A DNA stretch of 64,000 nucleotides from Oscillospiraceae bacterium (GCA_031551635.1 JAVBNH010000006.1:11208-75207), one strand, 5' to 3'; counted from the stretch's first letter, positions 38,994 through 47,278 are shown. Notes: generated by a model not told the origin, from the sequence alone. Numbers and translations: made by a program.

Positions 38994-39022
38994 ATTATAT
39001 ACCGTTTGTTACCGTTTGTCAA
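38994..39022 (-). promoter_or_regulatory. consensus promoter of the DeoR-family gene with tandem decamer in the spacer
   Basis: On the minus strand: TTGACA (39017..39022), 17 nt, TATAAT (38994..38999). The spacer holds a direct repeat ACAAACGGTA x2 (plus strand accgtttgtt accgtttgtc, 39001..39020). Confidence 0.6.
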
Positions 39023-39273
39023 CTGTTTTTCTGGTTTTTCTAGTGCTTCAGCACCTATCGGTAACACAAAGTCATGGGAAAGCTTGAGAAAGATAATTCT
39101 CTCAAGCTGATATATTTATTAATAAAATTTCATTAACTTCTAGGTAACCACTGATTAATTGATATTTACTCACTTTTGTATATTCTTAAATTTTCTGTCT
39201 GTGAACGATGATTAAATCAAAGATTGGATGCAATATAAAATAGATTATAAGGCGAAACCTTATCCTACAGCCC

Positions 39274-39294
39274 TGACTCCTGAATCCTAACTCC
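39274..39294 (+). repeat. heptamer array TGACTCC TGAATCC TAACTCC
   Basis: 7-bp period. The embedded 13-mer GCCCTGACTCCTG is shared with 51296..51308. Confidence 0.75.
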
Positions 39295-39318
39295 TGTGAA
39301 CGATGATCTTATCATCGT

Positions 39319-40017
39319 TCACCTGGTCTTGTCGTCACTCGCTTCCGCGCTGCCCGAAATCGGAATAATATCCCCTAGATAAGTCGGTTCAGGCTTGAAT
39401 AAACACATCGCGAAATCCTTGCAGCGCGCCAGAAATTCACGCTGGTTATTATAAGTCATATACATATAATTCCTCAGGTCAGAATTAACACCTTTGACCT
39501 CAAGACCCAGCCGCTGCGCTATGTAAACCGCCCTGTAGAGGTGATAACCCTGCGTGACTATGACAAGCTTTTTCACCATGAATATTTCCTTTGCGCGGTA
39601 AACAGACTCATAAGTCGAAAATCCGGCGTGGTCGAGAAAAATCACATCCGCGTCAACACCCTTTTCAATTGCGAAATCCTTCATCGAGTTGACCTCGTCA
39701 TAACCTTTTCTGCCGTGGTCGCCGCTCATGAGCAGTCTGTCTGACGCGTCGTTTTTATACAGCTCAACGCCCCTGCCGATTCTGTCGGCGAGCATATCGC
39801 TGGGGCTGCCGTCGCCGAGAAGCCCTGCACCCAGCACCAAAACGCAGTCCATGTCAAGACCATACGCTTCGGACGGCTCAAGTATATCCTTTTTCGCGGA
39901 CGAAATAACGACTGCATTAATAATAAAAATTGAGCCGATTCCGGTGGCAACCGCCAAAAACAGAATTATTATTAACCCGATAATTAACTTCTTTTTACTT
40001 TTCATAAGTCCCACCAC
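39319..40017 (-). CDS. SanA/YdcF (DUF218) family membrane protein
   Basis: N-terminal TM and a DUF218 core VLVLGAG...LLMSGDHG...VTQGYHLYRA. Confidence 0.75.
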   Translation of the reverse strand: MVGLMKSKKKLIIGLIIILFLAVATGIGSIFIINAVVISSAKKDILEPSEAYGLDMDCVLVLGAGLLGDGSPSDMLADRIGRGVELYKNDASDRLLMSGDHGRKGYDEVNSMKDFAIEKGVDADVIFLDHAGFSTYESVYRAKEIFMVKKLVIVTQGYHLYRAVYIAQRLGLEVKGVNSDLRNYMYMTYNNQREFLARCKDFAMCLFKPEPTYLGDIIPISGSAEASDDKTR

Positions 40018-40025
40018 AATTAAAT

Positions 40026-40053
40026 CGGCTGACTTTCATTTGAAGGTCAGCCG
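40026..40053 (-). terminator. hairpin after prfB
   Basis: CGGCTGAC / GTCAGCCG stem with a weak U-tract. Confidence 0.35.
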
Positions 40054-40059
40054 TCATTT

Positions 40060-41187
40060 TTATCCCTTTAATTTTTCAAGTGACTGCATTTTAAGATACG
40101 CGTTAATGAAGCCGTCAAGGTCGCCGTCCATAACTGCGTTTATATTGCCGTTTTCGAAGTTTGTCCGGTGGTCCTTGGCGAGGGTATAGGGCATAAAAAC
40201 ATAGGAGCGAATTTGGCTTCCCCAGCCGATTTCCTTTTGGTCGCCCTTGATATCCTCAATCTTTTCAAGGTTTTCGCGCTCTTTTATTTCAATGAGCTTT
40301 GACTTGAGCATCTTCAGCGCAACCTCGCGGTTCTGGTGCTGACTTCTCTCCACCTGACACGAGCAGACAATGCCTGTCGGAATATGCGTCAGGCGAACAG
40401 CGGACGAGGTTTTGTTTACCTTCTGCCCTCCTGCGCCGCTCGCGCGGTAAACGTCCATTTTTATGTCGTCCGGGCTAATCTCAACGTCAACGGTGTCGTC
40501 TATTTCAGGCATGACCTCAAGTGAGGCGAAGGAGGTGTGCCTTCTGCCGGAGGCGTCGAAGGGCGAAACCCGCACGAGCCTGTGGATTCCCATCTCACTT
40601 TTCATATAACCGTAGGCGTTAATACCCTCGATTAATATAGTCGCCGATTTGATTCCCGCCTCGTCACCGTCAAGTATATCAAGCGTCGAGGTGGTGAAGC
40701 CGTGGCGTTCGCCCCAGCGGTGATACATGCGGAAAAGCATCAGCGCCCAGTCCTGAGCCTCGGTGCCTCCCGCGCCCGCGTGGAAGGTTAAAATTGCATT
40801 TTTAGAATCATATTCACCTGTCAGCAGGGTCGCGAGCGTCTGAGAATCAAGCTCTTTTTTTACATCATTGACGCTTTTCGTGCACTCCTCAAGCATCGAG
40901 GCATCCTCTTCTTCATTCGCCATCTCAATGAGTGTGAGAGCGTCATTAAAATCGTTCGCCAGCGTGCGGTAATCCTGAACACGGTACTTCAGGGCGCTGA
41001 TTCTCTGCATAACCTTCTGAGAGGTCGCTATGTCATCCCAAAAGCCGTCAGCGCCGGATTCTTCTTCAAGGCGGGCAATCTCAGCCTCCATAGCCTCGAG
41101 CCCGAGGGCTGCCGCGAGCTCCTTCAAGGGCTTTTCACTCTCAAGCAAGTATAATCTCAATTCGTCATACTGTAACAATATAATCAC
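40060..41187 (-). CDS. prfB: peptide chain release factor 2 (single uninterrupted ORF)
   Basis: SPF tripeptide (RVSPFD) and GGQ (SGAGGQKVN). GTG start with SD AAGGAA. Confidence 0.95.
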   Translation of the reverse strand: MIILLQYDELRLYLLESEKPLKELAAALGLEAMEAEIARLEEESGADGFWDDIATSQKVMQRISALKYRVQDYRTLANDFNDALTLIEMANEEEDASMLEECTKSVNDVKKELDSQTLATLLTGEYDSKNAILTFHAGAGGTEAQDWALMLFRMYHRWGERHGFTTSTLDILDGDEAGIKSATILIEGINAYGYMKSEMGIHRLVRVSPFDASGRRHTSFASLEVMPEIDDTVDVEISPDDIKMDVYRASGAGGQKVNKTSSAVRLTHIPTGIVCSCQVERSQHQNREVALKMLKSKLIEIKERENLEKIEDIKGDQKEIGWGSQIRSYVFMPYTLAKDHRTNFENGNINAVMDGDLDGFINAYLKMQSLEKLKG

Positions 41188-41295
41188 ACATTCCTTATTT
41201 TATGAATAGGGTTATAACTGAGTTATTATAGTACAATTTGCCCTATTTGTCAAACACAAAAAATCAAAAAAAATAGAAAAATTCGCATTACGGTA

Positions 41296-41342
41296 TTGAC
41301 ATTTAAAACATTTGTTTGTATAATGGTTTAAACATTTGTTTG
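41296..41342 (+). promoter_or_regulatory. consensus promoter with two SOS-box-like palindromes (AAAC-ATTT-GTTT)
   Basis: TTGACA (41296..41301), 17 nt, TATAAT (41319..41324). The identical 13-mer AAACATTTGTTTG occurs at 41306..41318 and 41330..41342. Confidence 0.55.
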
Positions 41343-41422
41343 CGTGTCTATTTTTTCATCAAAATATAATCACCCGCGGCTGATTGATTAAAATCCACTT
41401 TTTACCAAAGCGCGACCTTCTT

Positions 41423-41450
41423 TAATGTCTAATGTCCAATGCAAATGTCA
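41423..41450 (+). repeat. heptamer array TAATGTC TAATGTC CAATGCA AATGTCA
   Basis: ATG occurs every 7 nt in the 5' leader of the radical SAM repair gene. Confidence 0.75.
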
Positions 41451-41505
41451 AATAAAAGCACAGCTAACAAAGCCAGGAAATATATCTGCTAAGGAAATCT
41501 TTATC

Positions 41506-42810
41506 ATGGACTCTTTCGAAAAACTGAAAATACTCACGGATTCGGCTAAATATGATGTCGCCTGCACCAGCAGCGGCAACGACCGGAGCGCCCAGGGTAA
41601 CACTATCGGCAATGCGGTTGCCTGCGGAATATGTCACAGCTTCGCTGCGGACGGACGCTGTATCAGCCTGCTGAAGGTGCTTTTGTCAAACTCCTGCGTC
41701 TATGACTGTCAATATTGTCAAAACAGAAAATCAAATGACATAAAACGCGCAAGCTTTACCCCGCGGGAGCTTGCCGACCTCACCATGCATTTTTACCGCA
41801 GAAATTATATCGAGGGTCTTTTCCTCAGCTCCGGCATTCTCCGCAATCCCGATTATACCTGCGAACAGCTCATCGAAACGCTGAAAATACTGCGCGAGGA
41901 GTACCGTTTCGGCGGTTATATTCACACGAAAGCGATACCCGGCGCGAGTGATTTGCTGCTCGGGAGGCTCGGGCAGCTGACCGACAGAATGAGCATAAAC
42001 ATTGAGCTTCCGTCACAGAAAAGCCTTGAGCTGCTTGCCCCCGACAAGTCAAAGCATGATATACTCCGCCCGATGGGGCTTATTACCGAAAAAATCGCCG
42101 AAAACACTACCGACCTTGTGAGATACAATCACGCGCCGAAATTCTCACCCGCCGGTCAGAGCACCCAGATGATAGTCGGCGCGACCGATGACACCGATTA
42201 TAAAATTCTTAATTTATCCGAGGCGCTTTATAAAAAATACAAGCTGAAAAGGGTGTTTTACTCGGCATATATTCCCGTTTCTAACAATCCTTTATTGCCC
42301 TCCCCTCTCGAAAAACCCCCGCTGCTGCGCGAGCACAGGCTGTATCAGGCGGATTGGCTGCTGCGTTTTTACGGCTTCAGCGCCGCTGAGCTGCTGGACG
42401 AAAAACACCAGAATTTTAACCCGTTGATAGACCCGAAATGTAACTGGGCGATAAATCATATGGGAATATTCCCCCTTGAGGTTAACAAAGCACCGAGGGA
42501 GCTTCTGCTGCGCGTCCCGGGTATGGGAATAAAAAGCGTTGAGAGAATTATAAAGGCACGCCGCGCTACAAAACTTGACTTTGACACACTTAAAAAAATC
42601 GGTGTTGTGCTCAAAAGAGCGCAGTATTTCATCACCTGCGGCGGCAAAATCGCGAACGGCTTGAAAATCAATCCCGACAGTGCAATTAACGCCCTTATTT
42701 CCGACCACTGCAGGGATTTATATTTGAGCGCGCAAAATATACAGATGAGTATGTTCGACATAAATATCACGAGGGAGGATGTCGCGAAATGCCTGAGCGG
42801 TCAGATGTAG
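41506..42810 (+). CDS. putative DNA modification/repair radical SAM protein with C-terminal HhH
   Basis: CX3CX2C motif CVYDCQYC and HhH LLRVPGMGIKSVERII. Start taken at ATG 41506 with SD AAGGAAA. The track start at 41425 lies in an ATG-phased heptamer array. Confidence 0.8.
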   Translation: MDSFEKLKILTDSAKYDVACTSSGNDRSAQGNTIGNAVACGICHSFAADGRCISLLKVLLSNSCVYDCQYCQNRKSNDIKRASFTPRELADLTMHFYRRNYIEGLFLSSGILRNPDYTCEQLIETLKILREEYRFGGYIHTKAIPGASDLLLGRLGQLTDRMSINIELPSQKSLELLAPDKSKHDILRPMGLITEKIAENTTDLVRYNHAPKFSPAGQSTQMIVGATDDTDYKILNLSEALYKKYKLKRVFYSAYIPVSNNPLLPSPLEKPPLLREHRLYQADWLLRFYGFSAAELLDEKHQNFNPLIDPKCNWAINHMGIFPLEVNKAPRELLLRVPGMGIKSVERIIKARRATKLDFDTLKKIGVVLKRAQYFITCGGKIANGLKINPDSAINALISDHCRDLYLSAQNIQMSMFDINITREDVAKCLSGQM

Positions 42811-43577
42811 TTTATATTTATGACGGCTCTCTCGAGGGACTTTTCTGCTGTATTTTTGAGAGCTTCAATGAAAAAGAGGTACCGGTGGATGTTTTTTCCA
42901 GAGCGGATTATTGCTGCAGTCTCTACCGTGAGAAAATTGTCGAAACAGATTTGAATAAATTCGCGAGGGTTAAAAACGGACTGCTTGACAAATGCGGCGA
43001 GGAGGTTTATTCTTTGATTGTCAGTGCTTATTATTCAGCGCTTGATAAGAAAGAAATGACTATATGCGACTTCGCACGAATAGCTTTCGCGAACGGCAAA
43101 AAAGTAATGGATGCGTGGGGTAATCAGACCGTCTGCGCTATGCTGAACGCACAAAAACACCTCGGAAGCGAGGCGCATTTACTCAAAGGTTTTATCCGTT
43201 TTTCCGTATATGACGGTGTAATGGTTTCGGTTATTGAGCCGAAAAATTATGTTTTACCATATATCAGTGACCATTTTTGCAGCCGTTTTCACGGCGAAAC
43301 CTTCATGATTTATGACAAAACTCACGGCTGCGCTCTGGTTTACCGCCCTCATGAGCAGCGTATAATCGAGGTTGATTCCTTCAGCGAGCCGGAAGCCGGC
43401 GAGGAGGAGCAGCATTACAGAAAAATGTGGAAAACCTTTTACGATACAATAGCGATAAAGGAACGCGAAAACCCTGTCTGCCGCCGCTCCCACATGCCTA
43501 TGCGGTACTGGACGCAAATGACGGAATTCCGGGAAGCGGAAAGCGGGAGTAAGCAGTTATACAGCGGTGATAGGTAA
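42789..43577 (+). CDS. DUF4130-type probable DNA metabolism protein (obligate partner of the radical SAM repair protein)
   Basis: N-terminus VYIYDGSLEGLFCCIFESF is typical of the family. There is a 22-nt overlap with the upstream gene. Confidence 0.75.
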   Translation: MPERSDVVYIYDGSLEGLFCCIFESFNEKEVPVDVFSRADYCCSLYREKIVETDLNKFARVKNGLLDKCGEEVYSLIVSAYYSALDKKEMTICDFARIAFANGKKVMDAWGNQTVCAMLNAQKHLGSEAHLLKGFIRFSVYDGVMVSVIEPKNYVLPYISDHFCSRFHGETFMIYDKTHGCALVYRPHEQRIIEVDSFSEPEAGEEEQHYRKMWKTFYDTIAIKERENPVCRRSHMPMRYWTQMTEFREAESGSKQLYSGDR

Positions 43578-43730
43578 GAGATGATTTAGTGGATAGTTAA
43601 ACTGTACCCCGTAGAATGGACACTGCTAAAAGTGGAAAAGCACAGGACATCCCCGAAAAACGGACAGAAAAAGTGGGTGAAAGAGTGCGGAAACCCAAAC
43701 GGTGGACAATATGGAAGTAAGCAAAAGTGA

Positions 43731-43807
43731 TTAGTACCTTAGTAGGCTGAAAGCTCAACAAAAAACAAGACTTGGGTTGTGGGCTTGGCAAGCCAAGCCC
43801 ACGTTAG
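43731..43807 (-). repeat. ~75-bp palindromic intergenic element, copy 3
   Basis: Near-identical to copy 1 and in the same orientation. Confidence 0.9.
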
Positions 43808-43923
43808 AATAAGCACTAATTGGGGCTCTGCCCCAAACCCCGAGGTTTAACGCGTTTGTTTCCGGGAAGCAGTAATACCATGCCGCATCATTTCGAATTA
43901 AACTTTGCACTATTAAAATTGTC

Positions 43924-43964
43924 CTTGACAAAGGGTACACTTCAATTATACAGTGTACACTTCA
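43924..43964 (+). promoter_or_regulatory. orphan promoter-like sequence with 11-bp direct repeat
   Basis: TTGACA (43924..43929), 16 nt, TATACA. GTACACTTCAA occurs at 43934 and 43954. It points into the 3' end of a minus-strand gene. Confidence 0.3.
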
Positions 43965-44007
43965 AGAGTATACAACAAATCAGTGTTTACTTAAAATATA
44001 AAATTTT

Positions 44008-44736
44008 TTACAGCCTTTCCAAAACCTCAATCATTTCAGACCATTCATTGATGTGCAGAAATTCAAATTCTGCATCAATATCTGCTTTTTTTCTTGGCTG
44101 CCCGATAATCGGGCTGTCGTAAAGCACCGGGAAAATCCCCACAGCGTGAGAGCCCTTTACATCGGCGTTAACGCTGTCACCGCAGTACCAGACCTTATCA
44201 GACGGAAGCCCCGCCTTTTTCAAAGCAATTTCATAAATGAAGCTATTCGGCTTTTTATAAATATAATCGCTGCTTGTCATTATAAATTCAAAATTATTCT
44301 CCGGAATATTTTTGCTGATACGCCTGCCCAGTGTCCCGCCAGAAAACGGCAGGTTGCTGATGACCGCGCTTCTGATGTTTTTCGATTTTATCAGCTTTAA
44401 AAGCTCCCCTATTCCCGGCATCAGAGTCCCCGGCGAGGCATTCTCCCAGAAGGCTTCTTCCACTTCTTCATGTGGTACGCCGAACTCAACGCCAAGTCTC
44501 TCGGCTACGATTTTTATTATCTGGGCTCCCGGAATATCAATCCCCGATTTGCCCGCCGTTTTTTCAATCGCGGCGAAGGTCATCATCATCGAAAGCGCGA
44601 ATTCGCCGGAATCCAGACCCCCAGGATTTTTTGAAACTAGAGACATCACCGCTTCGGTTCCTTTTTGTGCGTCAAGCTCTCCTTCAAACATGAGCGTATT
44701 TCCGTAATCGAATATAATCATCTCTGGCTTAGTCAT
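44008..44736 (-). CDS. HAD family hydrolase
   Basis: Motif I IIFDYGNTL, then SNLP and YCGDS..AD. Confidence 0.75.
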   Translation of the reverse strand: MTKPEMIIFDYGNTLMFEGELDAQKGTEAVMSLVSKNPGGLDSGEFALSMMMTFAAIEKTAGKSGIDIPGAQIIKIVAERLGVEFGVPHEEVEEAFWENASPGTLMPGIGELLKLIKSKNIRSAVISNLPFSGGTLGRRISKNIPENNFEFIMTSSDYIYKKPNSFIYEIALKKAGLPSDKVWYCGDSVNADVKGSHAVGIFPVLYDSPIIGQPRKKADIDAEFEFLHINEWSEMIEVLERL

Positions 44737-44746
44737 TTTATTACCC

Positions 44747-45646
44747 CTATTTCTTCTTTAATGTTATACTGATAATTTCGGGACTGTTTAAGAACCGCAG
44801 TCCGAAATTTCCCGCACTAAGTCCCCGACTCACAAGCATTTTGCGGCTATTTAACTCGTATATACCACCGTCATATTTCGGAAAAAGCGTGACATCAGGC
44901 GAAAGAATTCCCCCGATAAAGGGTAATCGAATCAGTCCGCCGTGAATATGACCGCAGAAAGTCAAATCAGCTCCCCACTCAGCATAGGTTTCGAAATATA
45001 TCGGATTATGCGTAAGAAGAATATTGAAACCTTCATTATCTTTACTTCCGAGCAATTTGTTCATTTCCTCAAGAGAAAAATATGTCGCATTGCTTTTCTT
45101 CTTGGACGAGCCGCCATAAAATTCAAGACCGTAGGTCAGCCCGTAAATATTTATCACAGAGCTTCCCTTTTTTATCTCTGCTTTTTCATTTTCGAGCGTT
45201 TTTACACCGATTTCGCCGAGCGTTTTCATCAAGTTAAGTTCAAATTTCGGGGTCCCTCTCAGCTCATGATTGCCCTTGATATAGTATACCTCATAGCTCG
45301 CCGCGAGCGTCCGAGACAATTCCCAGAAGCTCTCGCCTGATTCGTCCGGCTCAATCATATCACCGGTCATAACGACTATATCAGGATTAATTTTTTTAAC
45401 CGCGTCAACGATTTTCGCGTTATCCTTACCATATTTCGAGCGGTGCAGGTCAGAGAGCTGAACAATTTTATACCCGTCAAAATCAGCCGGTAAATTCGTG
45501 AAGTCACCTTCAAATTTTCCTACCGTAAAAAGAAAATAATTCATAATTAAAATAAAAACACAAACAACCGCCAAAGACAGCACGGTATAAACAAATATGA
45601 GCGGCATTTTTCTTTTACCCATCCTTTTCCTCATCATCCGATACAT
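44747..45646 (-). CDS. membrane-anchored metallophosphoesterase (YkuE-like)
   Basis: N-terminal TM, then LSDLH, GDM, GNHE, THNP and GHIHGG. Confidence 0.8.
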   Translation of the reverse strand: MYRMMRKRMGKRKMPLIFVYTVLSLAVVCVFILIMNYFLFTVGKFEGDFTNLPADFDGYKIVQLSDLHRSKYGKDNAKIVDAVKKINPDIVVMTGDMIEPDESGESFWELSRTLAASYEVYYIKGNHELRGTPKFELNLMKTLGEIGVKTLENEKAEIKKGSSVINIYGLTYGLEFYGGSSKKKSNATYFSLEEMNKLLGSKDNEGFNILLTHNPIYFETYAEWGADLTFCGHIHGGLIRLPFIGGILSPDVTLFPKYDGGIYELNSRKMLVSRGLSAGNFGLRFLNSPEIISITLKKK

Positions 45647-45647
45647 T

Positions 45648-45680
45648 TAAAAATAAAAGCGATGCCGGGAAAGCACCGCT
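45648..45680 (-). terminator. terminator after small ORF
   Basis: Minus-sense AGCGGTGC-loop-GCATCGCT followed by TTTTATTTTT. Confidence 0.55.
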
Positions 45681-45709
45681 AATGCAGGAAATATGTCTTC
45701 AAGAGAAAA

Positions 45710-45871
45710 TTAAATTGTTACCGGGAATGTGAATAATTTCGCGAGCATATCGATGAGGTTAAAAAAGAATTTCAAAAATGCCTCATAAGTACGGATAAAA
45801 TAATCCCCAAGAGGGTTCAAGAAATCATCAAGTAATGGCATATTTGTTCCGGCAGTGGTCTCTTCTTCCAT
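45710..45871 (-). CDS. small hypothetical protein (53 aa; up to 58 aa if started at 45886)
   Basis: Own translation: (MEMFR)MEEETTAGTNMPLLDDFLNPLGDYFIRTYEAFLKFFFNLIDMLAKLFTFPVTI. GGAG lies 9 nt before ATG 45871, and the ORF is followed by its own hairpin+T-run (45648..45680). I recognise no family. Confidence 0.3.
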   Translation of the reverse strand: MEEETTAGTNMPLLDDFLNPLGDYFIRTYEAFLKFFFNLIDMLAKLFTFPVTI

Positions 45872-45991
45872 TCTAAACATCTCCATTTAATTTATTCTGT
45901 GTGTTCACCCGCAAAAACTGCAGATAAAACCTTACAGGTCTAATTCTATATTAAAAAACATATTTTGTCAACACAAAATGGGGTATATTAT

Positions 45992-47278
45992 ATGAATGAA
46001 TTGATTTATACAAAAAAAATTTCCGTGAGCTATGACTATGATGTCGCAGTCATCGGAGGAGGAATCGCAGGTGTCTGCGCCGCGATAGCCGCTTCGCTTC
46101 AGGGCGCGAGAGTTATACTCATCGAGCGTTTCGCCGTGTGCGGCGGCAACAGCACAAGCGGCGGAGTTGCGAGTTTTTGCGGCAATACAGTCGGTGTGGG
46201 TCAGGTTTTTGACATGATTGTCTCCTCGCTCGAGCAGTTTAATGCCATCGCGCCATTAAACAGTGAAAAAAGCTCAAGAGTTTTCGACCATGAAATTCTC
46301 GCGGTCATACTTCAGGAATTGCTCATTCGGAACAATGTCAAGCTGCTGCTGCACACTAGGCTTATTGACGTTATTACCAAAAGCAGGCTTGTAAGCGAAT
46401 GTATAATAGCCGGAAAATCAGGTATTGAAGCGGTGAGAGCAAAGGTTTTCATCGATTGCAGCGGCGAAGGTGACATTGCCCGCTTTGCAGGCTTCAAGAC
46501 AATGAAAGGAAACAACAAGGGTTATAGTCTGCCAATGTCCTTCATGTATTTTATCAGGCATTCCGATAAAAATCATACCCAGATTCCGCAAGGGTGGTTC
46601 GAAAATATTTCCACTGAAGAAAATTTACCGATGACCAGCATCTGGCCTTACGGAGAGGGCGGCAACGCAATAAAAATTAAAGTACCGATGTATGATGCAT
46701 GCGAAACTGAGTCGCTCACAAACGCGGAAATTGCGGCAAGGCGTAAAATGATGTCGGTTATAGATTTTCATCAGCGTCACCAGGGGCGTCCCTGGCTTTT
46801 TGACCACGCCTCTCCTATAATCGGGATCAGAGAAGGCTGCCGAATACTGGGCGACTATGTGCTGAAGGTGGCAGATTTAAGGGCTGGCGCTCATTTCGCG
46901 GACGCGGTAGCAGTCGGTACCTTTTACCTCGACGGACACAAGCCGGACGATGACAAACGCACTTACATATTGCCGAAGGACGAGCTTTATGTGCCGCCCT
47001 ACGACATACCCCTGCGTTCACTGACTGCTCGGGACGCTGACAATCTGATGATGGCAGGCAGATGCATTTCCGCCGACCAGCTCGCTCTCTCGTCCGCGAG
47101 AGTAACTACTACCTGCGCTATGACCGGTCAGGCGGCGGGAATAACCTCAGCTCTGGCAGCCTTGAGAAATAAACAAATAAGAGACATTGACGCAGCGGAA
47201 ATCAGGGAAAAGCTCGCCATGGGCGGTGCGATTTTCGACAAGGAAAAAATCAAAAGCGTTTACAGAGCTAAATCCTGA
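45992..47278 (+). CDS. FAD-dependent oxidoreductase
   Basis: DVAVIGGGIAGVCAA dinucleotide fold. ATG 45992 is preferred over the track TTG at 45965. Confidence 0.7.
   Translation: MNELIYTKKISVSYDYDVAVIGGGIAGVCAAIAASLQGARVILIERFAVCGGNSTSGGVASFCGNTVGVGQVFDMIVSSLEQFNAIAPLNSEKSSRVFDHEILAVILQELLIRNNVKLLLHTRLIDVITKSRLVSECIIAGKSGIEAVRAKVFIDCSGEGDIARFAGFKTMKGNNKGYSLPMSFMYFIRHSDKNHTQIPQGWFENISTEENLPMTSIWPYGEGGNAIKIKVPMYDACETESLTNAEIAARRKMMSVIDFHQRHQGRPWLFDHASPIIGIREGCRILGDYVLKVADLRAGAHFADAVAVGTFYLDGHKPDDDKRTYILPKDELYVPPYDIPLRSLTARDADNLMMAGRCISADQLALSSARVTTTCAMTGQAAGITSALAALRNKQIRDIDAAEIREKLAMGGAIFDKEKIKSVYRAKS

Noticed and set aside
43578-43730. Purine-rich stretch with scattered (A)AGTGGA/AGTGGG/AGTGA words downstream of the DNA-repair pair.
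   Set aside because: I could verify no fixed period or extended repeat unit, so it is not distinguishable from compositional bias.
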